This document shows, in pieces, positions 20,066 through 29,269 of a DNA stretch of 64,000 nt. Source of the stretch: Candidatus Egerieimonas faecigallinarum. Lineage in GTDB: Bacteria > Bacillota > Clostridia > Lachnospirales > Lachnospiraceae. The stretch lies in the NCBI GenBank assembly GCA_018712615.1, contig DVGS01000171.1, positions 146 through 64,145 of the forward strand. Direction: 5' to 3'. The notes beneath the pieces are model-generated. The model searched no databases. It was not told the origin of the DNA and worked only from the letters and a program-made list of their open reading frames with translations. A program made the position numbers and the translations under genes. Numbering within the stretch: the stretch's first letter is position 1; every line of letters begins with the position of its first letter.

Positions 20066-20115
20066 ATAAAAAAACGAACAGGCAGCACGCTGCGCGGGCT
20101 GCCTGTTCTGTGTAT

Positions 20116-20427
20116 TTACTTTCCGATCATTCCAAGAATCGCATCCTTCGGCTGAACGCCTACGGAGCGGCGCACCTCAGCGCCATTCTGAATCACTACC
20201 AGAGTCGGAATACTCATAACCTGGAATCTGGATGCCAGATCCGGCTCGTCGTCCACATTAATCTTGCAGATCTTGACGTCGCTGACCTCCTCCGCAATCT
20301 CATCCACTACCGGGGACAACATCTTGCAGGGCCCGCACCAGGATGCCCAGAAATCAATGAGTACAGTCTTATCAGAATTCAATACTTCCTGTTCGAAATT
20401 TGCGCTTGTGATTGTAATTACTGCCAT
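20116..20427 (-). CDS. trxA: thioredoxin
   Basis: 103 aa with a WCGPC active site. Confidence 0.95.
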   Translation of the reverse strand: MAVITITSANFEQEVLNSDKTVLIDFWASWCGPCKMLSPVVDEIAEEVSDVKICKINVDDEPDLASRFQVMSIPTLVVIQNGAEVRRSVGVQPKDAILGMIGK

Positions 20428-20583
20428 GTAAATCTCTCCTTTTCTCTTTTTTCTGCGTCCGCTGCACGGATCGCTTCACCGCCCCGCTGTCTGATGCGGA
20501 AGCTGTAACTTCAACTGATGACTCTATTATACCCAATTTTTGAGATCTGTAAGTGATAAAGTCACATTCCCTTTTTCTGTATG

Positions 20584-20614
20584 CAAAAAGCGGAACTCCT
20601 TCTCAGAGTTCCGC
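20584..20614 (-). terminator. intrinsic terminator after the distal tRNA-Pro
   Basis: Minus-strand stem GCGGAACTC/GAGTTCCGC followed by TTTTT. Confidence 0.75.
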
Positions 20615-20625
20615 CAAAGCCAAAG

Positions 20626-20699
20626 TCGAAGCGACGGGATTCGAACCCACGACCTCTGCGTCCCGAACGCAGCGCTCTACCAAACTGAGCCACGCTTCG
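20626..20699 (-). tRNA. tRNA-Pro (anticodon CGG), copy 2
   Basis: Hand fold gives acceptor CGAAGCG/CGCTTCG, D-arm GCTCAGTTTGGTAGAGC, anticodon stem CTGCG/CGCAG with loop TTCGGGA, and T-loop TTCGAAT. No CCA is encoded. Confidence 0.85.
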
Positions 20700-20721
20700 A
20701 TATGTAGTTTTACAGTGTCCT

Positions 20722-20756
20722 GGAAAAAAGAACCGGAAACCTTTTACGGCTTCCGG
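20722..20756 (-). terminator. terminator-like hairpin between the two tRNA-Pro copies
   Basis: Minus-strand CCGGAAGCC-gtaaaa-GGTTTCCGG followed by TTCTTTTTT. Confidence 0.6.
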
Positions 20757-20772
20757 CGCCCCTGCCAAGGAG

Positions 20773-20846
20773 TCGAAGCGACGGGATTCGAACCCACGAC
20801 CTCTGCGTCCCGAACGCAGCGCTCTACCAAACTGAGCCACGCTTCG
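20773..20846 (-). tRNA. tRNA-Pro (anticodon CGG), copy 1
   Basis: Sequence identical to the copy at 20626-20699. Confidence 0.85.
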
Positions 20847-20878
20847 ATTTCGGCTGTTTGCTGCCGTCAACATTGCAT

Positions 20879-20907
20879 ATTTTAATAGAAAAACAGCCAT
20901 TTGTCAA
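20879..20907 (-). promoter_or_regulatory. sigma-A promoter for the tRNA-Pro genes
   Basis: Minus strand reads TTGACA (20902-20907), a 17-nt spacer, then TAAAAT (20879-20884). Confidence 0.7.
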
Positions 20908-21002
20908 TAGTTATTTTTCAATTTTTTTCGTTTTTTCCATTTTTTTCGCCCGGGCGGTGAAAACCACACGCCGCGGGCGAATTTATGTAGGATTTTCCAA
21001 AA

Positions 21003-22214
21003 TTATCCGATCATGTATACATCCGCGTACTGGCTTCCGAACGCCAATGCTTCGGAATGCGTATTGTTAAATATATCCACATGACCGTAAGCCGTTCCGC
21101 GGTCCTCCACAATATAGACCTGACCGTTGATCAGAAGCTTGGTTCCGAACGGAACGCCTCCCATCGCCACGGTTCTGCCTGCTGTCGGTACTGTCCCGCT
21201 CGCCGTAAGGCCTCCGGACCACTTTCCGCAGCAGATGGAGCACGGACAGTAGGATGTAAGGCGGAATCTGCCGAGGTACTTGCCCTCGCCTGAACTGCTG
21301 CTGCCGCTGTCAGATCCCTCATCCTGCGATGCGCTGCCGGAAGGCGTCTGTACCGCGCCGCTTTCTCCGCTGGAAGAATTATCCGATTCGCTCTGCTGCT
21401 TCTTTGCCGCTTCCTCCTCAGCTTTTCTCCGCTGCGCTTCTTCCTCTGCCTTCTGCGCCGCGATCTCCTCTTCCTTTGCCTGGCGGATCAGGTTGTTGAT
21501 CTCCTCTTCCTGGGCATTCACCTGCGCCAGAAGATCTGCCTGTTCGGATTCCGCCTGACTGATGCTGTCCTGATAAGAACGTATCTCATTATAAGTGGCT
21601 TCAATCAGCTCGCTCACTTCAGCCTGCTTATCCTGGCTCTGAATCTGCAGCTGCTGAATCTCATCTTTTTCCTGGATTACCTGCTCTTCCTTCTCGGCAA
21701 TCTGTTCTCTCGTCTCCTGGTATTGATCCAACAGTTCCCTGTCATACTCTGAGAGCTGTGCAATGTTGACTGCGCGGCTTAAAAATTCCGATATACTGTC
21801 AGCAGAGAGAAACATCTCCACATAACTGGTGCTGGAATTCTCGTACATGTACTGGATACGGATCTTCATATCACTGTACTGCTGCGCTTCGCTTTCTTTC
21901 GCTTCCTCAAGTTCCTGCTGTACCTGCTCCAGTTCTTTCTGCTTGTCATCGTAATCGTTCTGGAGCTGCTGCAGGCTGTTCTTCAGTTCCTCAAGCTGTC
22001 CGTTCAGCTCTTCCAGATACGTCTCGGACTGCCCTTTCTTGGATTCCAATGCGTCAATCTTATCCTGCGCCTCTGAGAGTGAGGATTCCATTTCCTGCTT
22101 CTGCTTCTCTGCCTCATCAATCTTCTGCTGTGTCGTACTTGCAAAGCAGGGGGTAACAGATCCGACCAAGAGTGCTGATGCCAGAACAGCGCTTAGCATT
22201 TTCTTCACTTTCAT
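21003..22214 (-). CDS. secreted coiled-coil protein with a C-terminal 3D (MltA-like) cell-wall domain
   Basis: Signal peptide (MKVKKMLSAVLASALLVGSVTPCFA), ~270 aa of heptad-like E/Q/K-rich sequence, a Ser/Gly linker, then a 3D-domain-like C-terminus (GRFRLTSYCPC...VAMGGVPFGTKLLING.VYIVEDRG). Start at ATG 22214 after AGAGGT. Confidence 0.8.
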   Translation of the reverse strand: MKVKKMLSAVLASALLVGSVTPCFASTTQQKIDEAEKQKQEMESSLSEAQDKIDALESKKGQSETYLEELNGQLEELKNSLQQLQNDYDDKQKELEQVQQELEEAKESEAQQYSDMKIRIQYMYENSSTSYVEMFLSADSISEFLSRAVNIAQLSEYDRELLDQYQETREQIAEKEEQVIQEKDEIQQLQIQSQDKQAEVSELIEATYNEIRSYQDSISQAESEQADLLAQVNAQEEEINNLIRQAKEEEIAAQKAEEEAQRRKAEEEAAKKQQSESDNSSSGESGAVQTPSGSASQDEGSDSGSSSSGEGKYLGRFRLTSYCPCSICCGKWSGGLTASGTVPTAGRTVAMGGVPFGTKLLINGQVYIVEDRGTAYGHVDIFNNTHSEALAFGSQYADVYMIG

Positions 22215-22509
22215 CAATAAATACCTCTGTGTACAGTCTCCGGCAGGCTCCCTAAACTCCCCTGGAATTCCCTTCCGGCACTGTGTTTTCTTTCTTCCGC
22301 CCGCCATACGGCACGCGGAGGCGCAGCATATCCTGCGCGTTCCCCTCTTACTGCACTTTGCAGTATTCGAGTGTTATTATACCACACACCCCCTGAAAGA
22401 GAAAGTGTTTTTTCAGATTTCGTAATATTTCTGTAACATTTTACAAGGTTTTTCTGGGTTTTTCCACCACTTTTGACAGTTTCCGGCCCTATTTTCCACC
22501 TTCCTGCAC

Positions 22510-23895
22510 TCAGTTTTTCCTCCACCCGGAAAGATATTTATTTTTCAGGACGCCGTTTACCAGCTTGCCCCAGCCCAGGGCGTATGTATCCGCGCAGACA
22601 AGCTGCCAGCCCTTTTCCCTGGCGCATTCGCCCGGCTGTACATAGATCGTCTCACCGCGCAGATATCGCTCCACACGCTCGTCTTCCGGCTTCAGGCACA
22701 GCGCCGAAGCGTACTGATCCGCTCTCAGCGTCATGGCAAAGGGCTGAGACGGCTCAAAGCGGCCTTTCTTCAGCTCACCCAGCAATAAACCGTTTCTCAG
22801 AAAACGGATTCCCTTCGCCGTATCGGGAAGTTCCGGTACAAGATAAGCCTTTCCTGCGCGGATCTCCATGCGGTTCCAGTCCATATCCGCAGTTACGTCC
22901 TTCATAAATTCCGTTACGGTCGCGCGGTCCTTTTTATCCGTGGGTGCCGTTTTCTGCACTGATCCGTTCCAGCGCCTGTCACCTTCCTTGCGGATCAGGG
23001 CCAGAAAATGTCCCTCGCCGTGCATTTTGTGCGGAAAGATGCGGACACATTTTCTCAGCTCCTCTCTGCCGTCTCCCCACTCCGGCCTTCCCTCAGAAAA
23101 TCCCTCGTAGGGGATCATCTCCTCCAGATGCAGTTCAGGACATTTGCTCAGCAGCCAGCTGACCGTCCCTTCATTCTCCTCCTTCGCGAAGGTACAGGTG
23201 GAGTACAGCATGGTTCCGCCCGGGCGCAGCATCCGGCTGGCGCACATCACAATATCGCGCTGCAGCTTTGCAAAATACGCAGGACGGTCTTCATCCCACG
23301 TCTTCGCCACCGCCGGATCCTTCCGGAACATTCCCTCTCCGGAGCAGGGAGCGTCCACCAGAATGCGGTCGAAATATTCCGGAAAACAGGAAGCCAGTTT
23401 TCCCGGAAGCTCATTTGTCACAAAAGCATTTTTTACGCCGAAAAGCTCAAGATTTCTGAGCAGAGCCTTGGCGCGGGAGTTACTGATATCGTTGGCCACC
23501 AGAATTCCCCTGCCCTGAAGCTTCGCCCCCAGCTCTGTCGCCTTTCCTCCCGGCGCGGCGCACAGATCCAGAACCCGCTCCCCCGGATGAACCTCCAGGC
23601 GCGAGGCCGGTGTCATGGCGCTGGGCTCCTGGAGGTAATAAACGCCTGCACTGTAATAGGGATGGCGCGCCGGACGCTCATCTCCATTATAGAAAAAGCC
23701 GTTTTCCACCCACGGAATCCGCCTTGCTCCGAACAGCCCGCTGCGTTCCAGTTCCTCCGGGGAGCACTTGAGCGTGTTCACACGCAGCCCGTACTGTCGC
23801 TCATCTTCATAGCTTCTGATATACTGCGCGTATTCCTCCTCTCCCAGCATTTCCCTCATACGCGCTTCAAATGCCTGCGGCAGATATTTTTCCAT
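22510..23895 (-). CDS. RsmB/RsmF family rRNA cytosine-C5 methyltransferase
   Basis: SAM motif VLDLCAAPGGKAT and catalytic DAPCSGEG and STCT motifs. Start at ATG 23895 after AAGGAGAG. Confidence 0.85.
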   Translation of the reverse strand: MEKYLPQAFEARMREMLGEEEYAQYIRSYEDERQYGLRVNTLKCSPEELERSGLFGARRIPWVENGFFYNGDERPARHPYYSAGVYYLQEPSAMTPASRLEVHPGERVLDLCAAPGGKATELGAKLQGRGILVANDISNSRAKALLRNLELFGVKNAFVTNELPGKLASCFPEYFDRILVDAPCSGEGMFRKDPAVAKTWDEDRPAYFAKLQRDIVMCASRMLRPGGTMLYSTCTFAKEENEGTVSWLLSKCPELHLEEMIPYEGFSEGRPEWGDGREELRKCVRIFPHKMHGEGHFLALIRKEGDRRWNGSVQKTAPTDKKDRATVTEFMKDVTADMDWNRMEIRAGKAYLVPELPDTAKGIRFLRNGLLLGELKKGRFEPSQPFAMTLRADQYASALCLKPEDERVERYLRGETIYVQPGECAREKGWQLVCADTYALGWGKLVNGVLKNKYLSGWRKN

Positions 23896-24032
23896 ATAAG
23901 AACTCTCCTTAATTATTGGTAATTGCAAAACAGGACGTATCTGCCTTCGCAGATGCGTCCTGCCTATTATACCACTCTCATTCCCCAAATGTCACTGCTA
24001 TTTCTGCTTCCAGCCCCATACCCGGCTGCAGA

Positions 24033-24314
24033 TTACGCTTCCGCCTCTGCCGCTTCCGCTTCCATTGCCTCCTGATATTTCTCCAGGATAATAGTCTGAA
24101 TGCGCTCCCTGGTGGAAGAATTAATCGGATGTGCGATATCGCGGTATTCACCGTCTGTCGCCTTGCGGCTCGGCATCGCGATGAAAAGACCCTTCTCGCC
24201 CTCGATCACCTTAATATCATGTACTACAAACTCCTCATCGATCGTGATGGATACGACCGCTTTCATCTTTCCTTCTTTTGCTACTTTCCGTACTCTTACA
24301 TCTGTTATATTCAT
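24033..24314 (-). CDS. spoVG: septation regulator SpoVG
   Basis: [11 protein letters not shown]...[35 protein letters not shown] is a near-canonical SpoVG sequence. Confidence 0.95.
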   Translation of the reverse strand: MNITDVRVRKVAKEGKMKAVVSITIDEEFVVHDIKVIEGEKGLFIAMPSRKATDGEYRDIAHPINSSTRERIQTIILEKYQEAMEAEAAEAEA

Positions 24315-24352
24315 GGTAAATTTCCCCCTTTTTCAGCCTCGTATGCAAGCTG

Positions 24353-25468
24353 TCAGATTACATATCTCTCATTTTTCTCGATTACGATCTTGATGCCGTC
24401 TTCTCCGCAGTGATAGGAATTCGCGCGGATCGTGTCGCGGCTCTCAACGATGCAGTTCTCGATATGGGCGTTATCGCCTAAGTATACATCATTCAGAATG
24501 ATGGAATTCTTAATCACACAGTTATTGCCAACGTATACTTTCTTGAACAGGACTGAATTCTCAACCTGTCCGTTGATGATACATCCGCTGGCAATCAGGC
24601 TGTTCTTCACACTGCTGCCGGGATTATATTTTGCCGGAGGCAGATCATCAATCTTGGAATAAATCGGGTTGTCCCCTCCGAAGAAATATTCCCTCACTTC
24701 CGGTTTCAGGAAATCCATGTTCGTACGATAGTAGGATTCCGCTGTGGAAATATTGCTCCAATACGTATCCATCTTATATCCATAGATGCGCTTTAAGTTC
24801 TTATAGCGGATCAGGATATCCTTTACAAAGTCTGAACGCTCTTCCTGCGCGCACCGCTCGATCATCTCAATGAGCTGACGCCTGCGGATCACATAGATAC
24901 CGGTAGAAATCAGCTGAGAATCAGAAACCATCGGCTTCTCCTCAAAATCCACAACGCGGTAATCCTCGTTCAGCTTAAGCACACCGAAACGCGTCGGATC
25001 TTCGTCTCTGCAGTCCGTGCAGACAATGGTCACATCCGCGCGCTTTGCGATGTGGTATTCCAGTACTTTATTATAGTCAATCTTGTAAATACCGTCTCCG
25101 GACGCGATCACAACGTACGGCTCATGGCACTGCTTTAACCATGTCAGGTTCTGATAGATCGCGTCTGCGGTTCCGCGGTACCACCAGCTGTTATCCGGCG
25201 TTACGGTCGGTGTGAACAGGAACAGTCCTCCCTGCTTTCTTCCGAAATCCCACCATTTTGATGAGCTCAGGTGTTCATTCAGCGAACGCGCGTTATACTG
25301 CGTGAGAACCGCCACTCTTTGAATATGAGAGTTCGCCATATTGCTCAACGCAAAATCGATGCTGCGGTAGCTTCCGCCCACCGGCATAGCTGCGATTGCC
25401 CTCTTATTTGATAATTCTCTCATCCGGTTGTTGTTGCCGCCAGCCAGAATAATTCCCAGTGCTCTCAT
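24353..25468 (-). CDS. glgD: glucose-1-phosphate adenylyltransferase subunit GlgD
   Basis: 371 aa, ADP-Glc-PPase-like but lacking the GGxGxRL catalytic loop (ILAGGNNNRM). Lies immediately downstream of glgC. Confidence 0.85.
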   Translation of the reverse strand: MRALGIILAGGNNNRMRELSNKRAIAAMPVGGSYRSIDFALSNMANSHIQRVAVLTQYNARSLNEHLSSSKWWDFGRKQGGLFLFTPTVTPDNSWWYRGTADAIYQNLTWLKQCHEPYVVIASGDGIYKIDYNKVLEYHIAKRADVTIVCTDCRDEDPTRFGVLKLNEDYRVVDFEEKPMVSDSQLISTGIYVIRRRQLIEMIERCAQEERSDFVKDILIRYKNLKRIYGYKMDTYWSNISTAESYYRTNMDFLKPEVREYFFGGDNPIYSKIDDLPPAKYNPGSSVKNSLIASGCIINGQVENSVLFKKVYVGNNCVIKNSIILNDVYLGDNAHIENCIVESRDTIRANSYHCGEDGIKIVIEKNERYVI

Positions 25469-25470
25469 AT

Positions 25471-26742
25471 TTATTCACCATCCTTCTCTGCTATTGCTCC
25501 GCCTCCCGGCAGTTCGCCTCCCGGATAGTCCTCCAGGGTGGTCACGCCGGTAATCGCTGTATTCTTACCGATTCTGACTCCGGAGGGAATAACAGCATTC
25601 TCGCCCACAACAGCCAGTCCGTCACGGTAAATATTGGGTTTCAGAACGTTCTCCGCCTCTTCCCCGACGCCAATCGCCACGTCGGAACCTACGGTTACAT
25701 TTTCCGCAATGATCGCCTTGTCCACTGTGGTTCTCTCACCGATCACAGTTCCCTGCATAATGATGGAGTCTCTTACCACAGCGCCCGGCTTAATGGTAAC
25801 ACCCGCACCAATCACGGAGTTGCGTACCTCTCCGTAAATCTCAGCGCCCTCGCTGATCAGGCTGCGCTCCACCACGGCGTCGCCGGAGATATACTGCGGA
25901 CGAATGACGTCGCCCTTTGTATAAATCTTCCAGAACTCCTCATATAAGTTGAATTCCGGAATAATATCGATCAGTTCCATGTTCGCTTCCCAGTAGGAAC
26001 CCAGAGTTCCGACATCTTTCCAGTAGCCGTTGAACTCGTATGCGAACAGATTCATTCCCTTATCTTTGCAGTAAGGAAGGATATGTTTACCGAAGTCGCA
26101 TCCCGGCTGGTCTTTCAGAGCTATCAGGGATTCTTTGAGCGCCTTCCAGGAGAAAATGTAAATACCCATAGAAGCCAGATTGCTTCTCGGATGCTCCGGC
26201 TTTTCTTCAAAGTCGGTGATCTTGCCGTTTCCATCCGTAATCATAATACCGAAACGGCTGGCCTCCTCCATCGGAACAGGCATGCAGGCAATCGTAACAT
26301 CCGCCTTGTTCGCCTTATGATAGTCGAGCATCACTTCATAGTCCATCTTATAAATATGGTCTCCGGAAAGGATCAGTACGTATTCCGGATTATACATCTC
26401 CATGTATGCCATATTCTGGAAAATCGCGTTGGCAGTGCCAGTATACCACTCGCTGTTCGTACTCTTCTCATAGGGCGGAAGCACTGTAACTCCGCCGACA
26501 TTTTTATCCAAATCCCACGGGATTCCGATTCCGATATGAGTATTCAGACGCAATGGCTGATATTGCGTCAGCACTCCTACCGTGTCAATACCCGAATTAA
26601 TACAGTTACTCAGAGGGAAGTCAATAATGCGGTACTTTCCTCCAAATGCCACTGCCGGCTTTGCCACTTTCTGGGTAAGCACGCCAAGACGGCTCCCCTG
26701 ACCCCCGGCCAACAGCATTGCAATCATCTCTTTCTTAATCAT
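25471..26742 (-). CDS. glgC: glucose-1-phosphate adenylyltransferase GlgC
   Basis: [24 protein letters not shown] and a left-handed beta-helix C-terminus. Start at ATG 26742 after AGAGGTG. Confidence 0.9.
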   Translation of the reverse strand: MIKKEMIAMLLAGGQGSRLGVLTQKVAKPAVAFGGKYRIIDFPLSNCINSGIDTVGVLTQYQPLRLNTHIGIGIPWDLDKNVGGVTVLPPYEKSTNSEWYTGTANAIFQNMAYMEMYNPEYVLILSGDHIYKMDYEVMLDYHKANKADVTIACMPVPMEEASRFGIMITDGNGKITDFEEKPEHPRSNLASMGIYIFSWKALKESLIALKDQPGCDFGKHILPYCKDKGMNLFAYEFNGYWKDVGTLGSYWEANMELIDIIPEFNLYEEFWKIYTKGDVIRPQYISGDAVVERSLISEGAEIYGEVRNSVIGAGVTIKPGAVVRDSIIMQGTVIGERTTVDKAIIAENVTVGSDVAIGVGEEAENVLKPNIYRDGLAVVGENAVIPSGVRIGKNTAITGVTTLEDYPGGELPGGGAIAEKDGE

Positions 26743-27104
26743 GCAATCACCTCTTGTCATATATGATTAAAAATTATATCATACTTTAAAGCAATTGTGA
26801 ACATTTTTTATATATTTCATTAATATTCCTTCAGTTTTTTATGTATTTTACACTACTTTTTTCTGCATTTTACACCACATCACCCGAAAATCAAAGGATT
26901 TTCGATTTTTTTCCTTGTCCTTTACAATTTTTTTATATGTTTTTGACAATTTTTGTCATAAATTCTTGTAATTTTTTTCCCATCAGAGCAGATACAGATG
27001 ACATATCAAATTGTTCATTGACTTTTTCCATACAAACGGCTAGTATAGAGATAACAAGTGCCTTCCGGGCATCAATCATCATAGTTAGGAGGATATTTTT
27101 AGAC

Positions 27105-27518
27105 ATGCGACAGACAACGAACGGTATCCTGCGTATTCTGGGAATTCTTATGATTATTTTTATGATGCAGGACATCATCAATCTGGTAATGCTGTGCTTT
27201 AGCTTTGCGGCCGGCAACATTAATGCGATTACCATTCTTGTCACAGTTTGCTTTGCCGGTTACGTCATCGGAAAAGCTGTCTCCGGCATCTTCGGCATTA
27301 TCTATTACGCCAGTGCCGAGAAGATCATCCGCTGCGTTTACGCCAGTGTGGCAAGTATCGTATTCTGCATACTGTACATGCTGATCGCCTTCGCCACAGC
27401 CGATGGTGCGATTACACTTTCAGCGCTGGTTATGAATTTGATTTCCGCAATTCTGATTCCCGCCGTATTTATATATGTAGCACTCAAGACACGCCAGCAG
27501 CTTATGAAGGACGTTTAA
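27105..27518 (+). CDS. small polytopic membrane protein, hypothetical
   Basis: 137 aa with 4 hydrophobic helices. ATG 27105 is preceded by TAGGAGGA. The ORF-track N-terminal extension from 26841 runs through an AT-rich promoter region. Confidence 0.65.
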   Translation: MRQTTNGILRILGILMIIFMMQDIINLVMLCFSFAAGNINAITILVTVCFAGYVIGKAVSGIFGIIYYASAEKIIRCVYASVASIVFCILYMLIAFATADGAITLSALVMNLISAILIPAVFIYVALKTRQQLMKDV

Positions 27519-27539
27519 GGCAAAATATCTGCAGCCAGG

Positions 27540-27569
27540 GCTGCCGCAGCTTAGCTGCGGCAGCTTTTT
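27540..27569 (+). terminator. intrinsic terminator
   Basis: GCTGCCGCAGC-tta-GCTGCGGCAGC followed by TTTTT. Confidence 0.8.
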
Positions 27570-27601
27570 ACTTAATCAAACAGACAAAGGAGTAAAGAAT
27601 C

Positions 27602-28984
27602 ATGTATACCATCAATTTTTCCCAACCTTCCCACGTTCACTTTATCGGCATCGGAGGCATCAGCATGAGCGGACTGGCGGAAATTCTTCTTGAAGAAAAC
27701 TTCCGCATCTCCGGTTCTGACGCAAAGGAAAGTCCCCTGACCAGAAAGCTCGCGAATGCGGGCGCCCTTATTCATTACGGACAGCGCGCCGCCAACATTA
27801 CCGACGATATCGATGTGGTAGTATACACCGCGGCGATTCATCCGGATAATCCCGAGTTTGCCAGGGCAAAAGAAATGGGCATTCCGATGATCACCCGCGC
27901 GGAGCTTCTGGGACAGCTCATGAAAAACTATGACCTGCCGATTGCGATTGCCGGAACGCACGGCAAGACTACAACCACCTCAATGGTCTCCCACATTTTT
28001 CTCGCCGGAGACTGCGACCCTACGATCTCTGTGGGAGGCATCCTTCCTTCGATCGGCGGCAACATCCGTGTGGGAAATTCCGAGACGTTTATCACAGAAG
28101 CATGTGAGTACACCAACAGTTTCCTCAGCTTCTTCCCGAAGATCAGCGTGATCCTGAACATGGATGCGGATCATCTCGATTTCTTCAAGGATATTGATGA
28201 CATCCGCCGTTCTTTCCGCAAATTTGCCGAGCTTCTTCCCGAAGACGGCACACTGATTATCAACAGCGATACTCCGGAGTATGAGACCGTGACAGAAGGG
28301 CTCTCCTGCCAGGTGATACGCTACGGCTTAGAACATGACGCCGACTACACAGCCTCCAATATTGACTTCAACGATTTCGGCCATCCTTCTTTTGACTGTC
28401 TGCTTCACGGAGAACCGATCGGCCACTTCACGCTGAGCGTTCCGGGCATCCACAATGTCAGCAACGCGCTCTCCGCGATCGCCGTGGGCCAGAAGGCCGG
28501 TCTTCCTGTTTCCGTCATTCAGAAAGGACTTCAGGAGTTTACCGGAACAGACCGCAGATTCCAGTACAAGGGAAAGCTGGGAGATATCACAATCGTAGAT
28601 GATTACGCGCATCATCCCACAGAGATTTCCGCCACTCTGAGATCAGCGAGGAACTATCCGCACAAGACGCTCTGGTGCGTATTCCAGCCCCACACCTACA
28701 CCCGGACCAAAGCGCTGCTGCCGGAATTCGCGCAGGCACTCTCCATGGCTGACAAAGTTATTCTCGCCCCGATCTATGCGGCGCGCGAGACAGACACACT
28801 GGGAATTTCTTCCGCTGATCTGCAGAGGGAAATAGAAAAACTCGGAACAGAATCTCATTATCTCGCCACTTTTGACGAGATAGAGAACTATCTGCTCTCC
28901 CATTGCGAACCGCAGGATCTCGTAATCACGATGGGAGCCGGAGACGTTGTAAAGATCGGAGAACACCTGCTGGGCGGGCGTTAA
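27602..28984 (+). CDS. murC: UDP-N-acetylmuramate--L-alanine ligase
   Basis: HFIGIGGISMSGLAEIL, GTHGKTTTTSM and DDYAHHPTEI motifs. Confidence 0.95.
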   Translation: MYTINFSQPSHVHFIGIGGISMSGLAEILLEENFRISGSDAKESPLTRKLANAGALIHYGQRAANITDDIDVVVYTAAIHPDNPEFARAKEMGIPMITRAELLGQLMKNYDLPIAIAGTHGKTTTTSMVSHIFLAGDCDPTISVGGILPSIGGNIRVGNSETFITEACEYTNSFLSFFPKISVILNMDADHLDFFKDIDDIRRSFRKFAELLPEDGTLIINSDTPEYETVTEGLSCQVIRYGLEHDADYTASNIDFNDFGHPSFDCLLHGEPIGHFTLSVPGIHNVSNALSAIAVGQKAGLPVSVIQKGLQEFTGTDRRFQYKGKLGDITIVDDYAHHPTEISATLRSARNYPHKTLWCVFQPHTYTRTKALLPEFAQALSMADKVILAPIYAARETDTLGISSADLQREIEKLGTESHYLATFDEIENYLLSHCEPQDLVITMGAGDVVKIGEHLLGGR

Positions 28985-29010
28985 AACACTGTTTCAAAAA
29001 AATTTTACAG

Positions 29011-29263
29011 TTATCCACATTTTCCACATGCTTATACACATTTTCTTGTGTACAGGCATGTGGATTTTTTTCCGACAGCAAGTTTACATAAATTTCGACT
29101 GCATTTTACAATACTCCTCTATGAATATGCGGTTTTTCGACAGAGGTGGTTGCAAATAACAGGGCAGTCCACATTTTATCCACATTTTCCACACTTCCCA
29201 CCGTTTTATGCACATTACAAGTTTCCCCCTTATCCACTCTTTCCGGTGGATATCCGTGGAAAA
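29011..29263 (+). promoter_or_regulatory. DnaA-box cluster
   Basis: Two perfect TTATCCACA boxes at 29011 and 29176. Five one-mismatch boxes in the same orientation: 29020 TTTTCCACA, 29032 TTATACACA, 29185 TTTTCCACA, 29206 TTATGCACA and 29230 TTATCCACT. Three two-mismatch boxes in inverse orientation at 29059, 29245 and 29255. Confidence 0.75.
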
Positions 29264-29269
29264 TGGCTA

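Noticed and set aside
20553-20900. Two ~110-aa ORFs on opposite strands (20553-20885 + and 20562-20900 -)
   Set aside because: Both are built from the duplicated tRNA-Pro sequence; the repeated peptide ATGFEPTTSASRTQRSTKLSHAS is translated tRNA. The region is explained by two tRNA genes with a promoter and terminators.
22215-22381. A c-di-AMP (ydaO) or c-di-GMP riboswitch upstream of the cell-wall 3D-domain gene
   Set aside because: The leader lacks the conserved ydaO 3' element (CCGAAUCCGACAGCUAACCUCGUAAGCG-like) and the GEMM GGCAAA/CGCAAAGC motifs as I recall them. It is reported only as an unclassified structured leader.
26841-27104. N-terminal 88-codon extension of the membrane-protein ORF
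   Set aside because: The extension runs through an AT-rich promoter region with no SD. An internal ATG at 27105 has a perfect TAGGAGGA.
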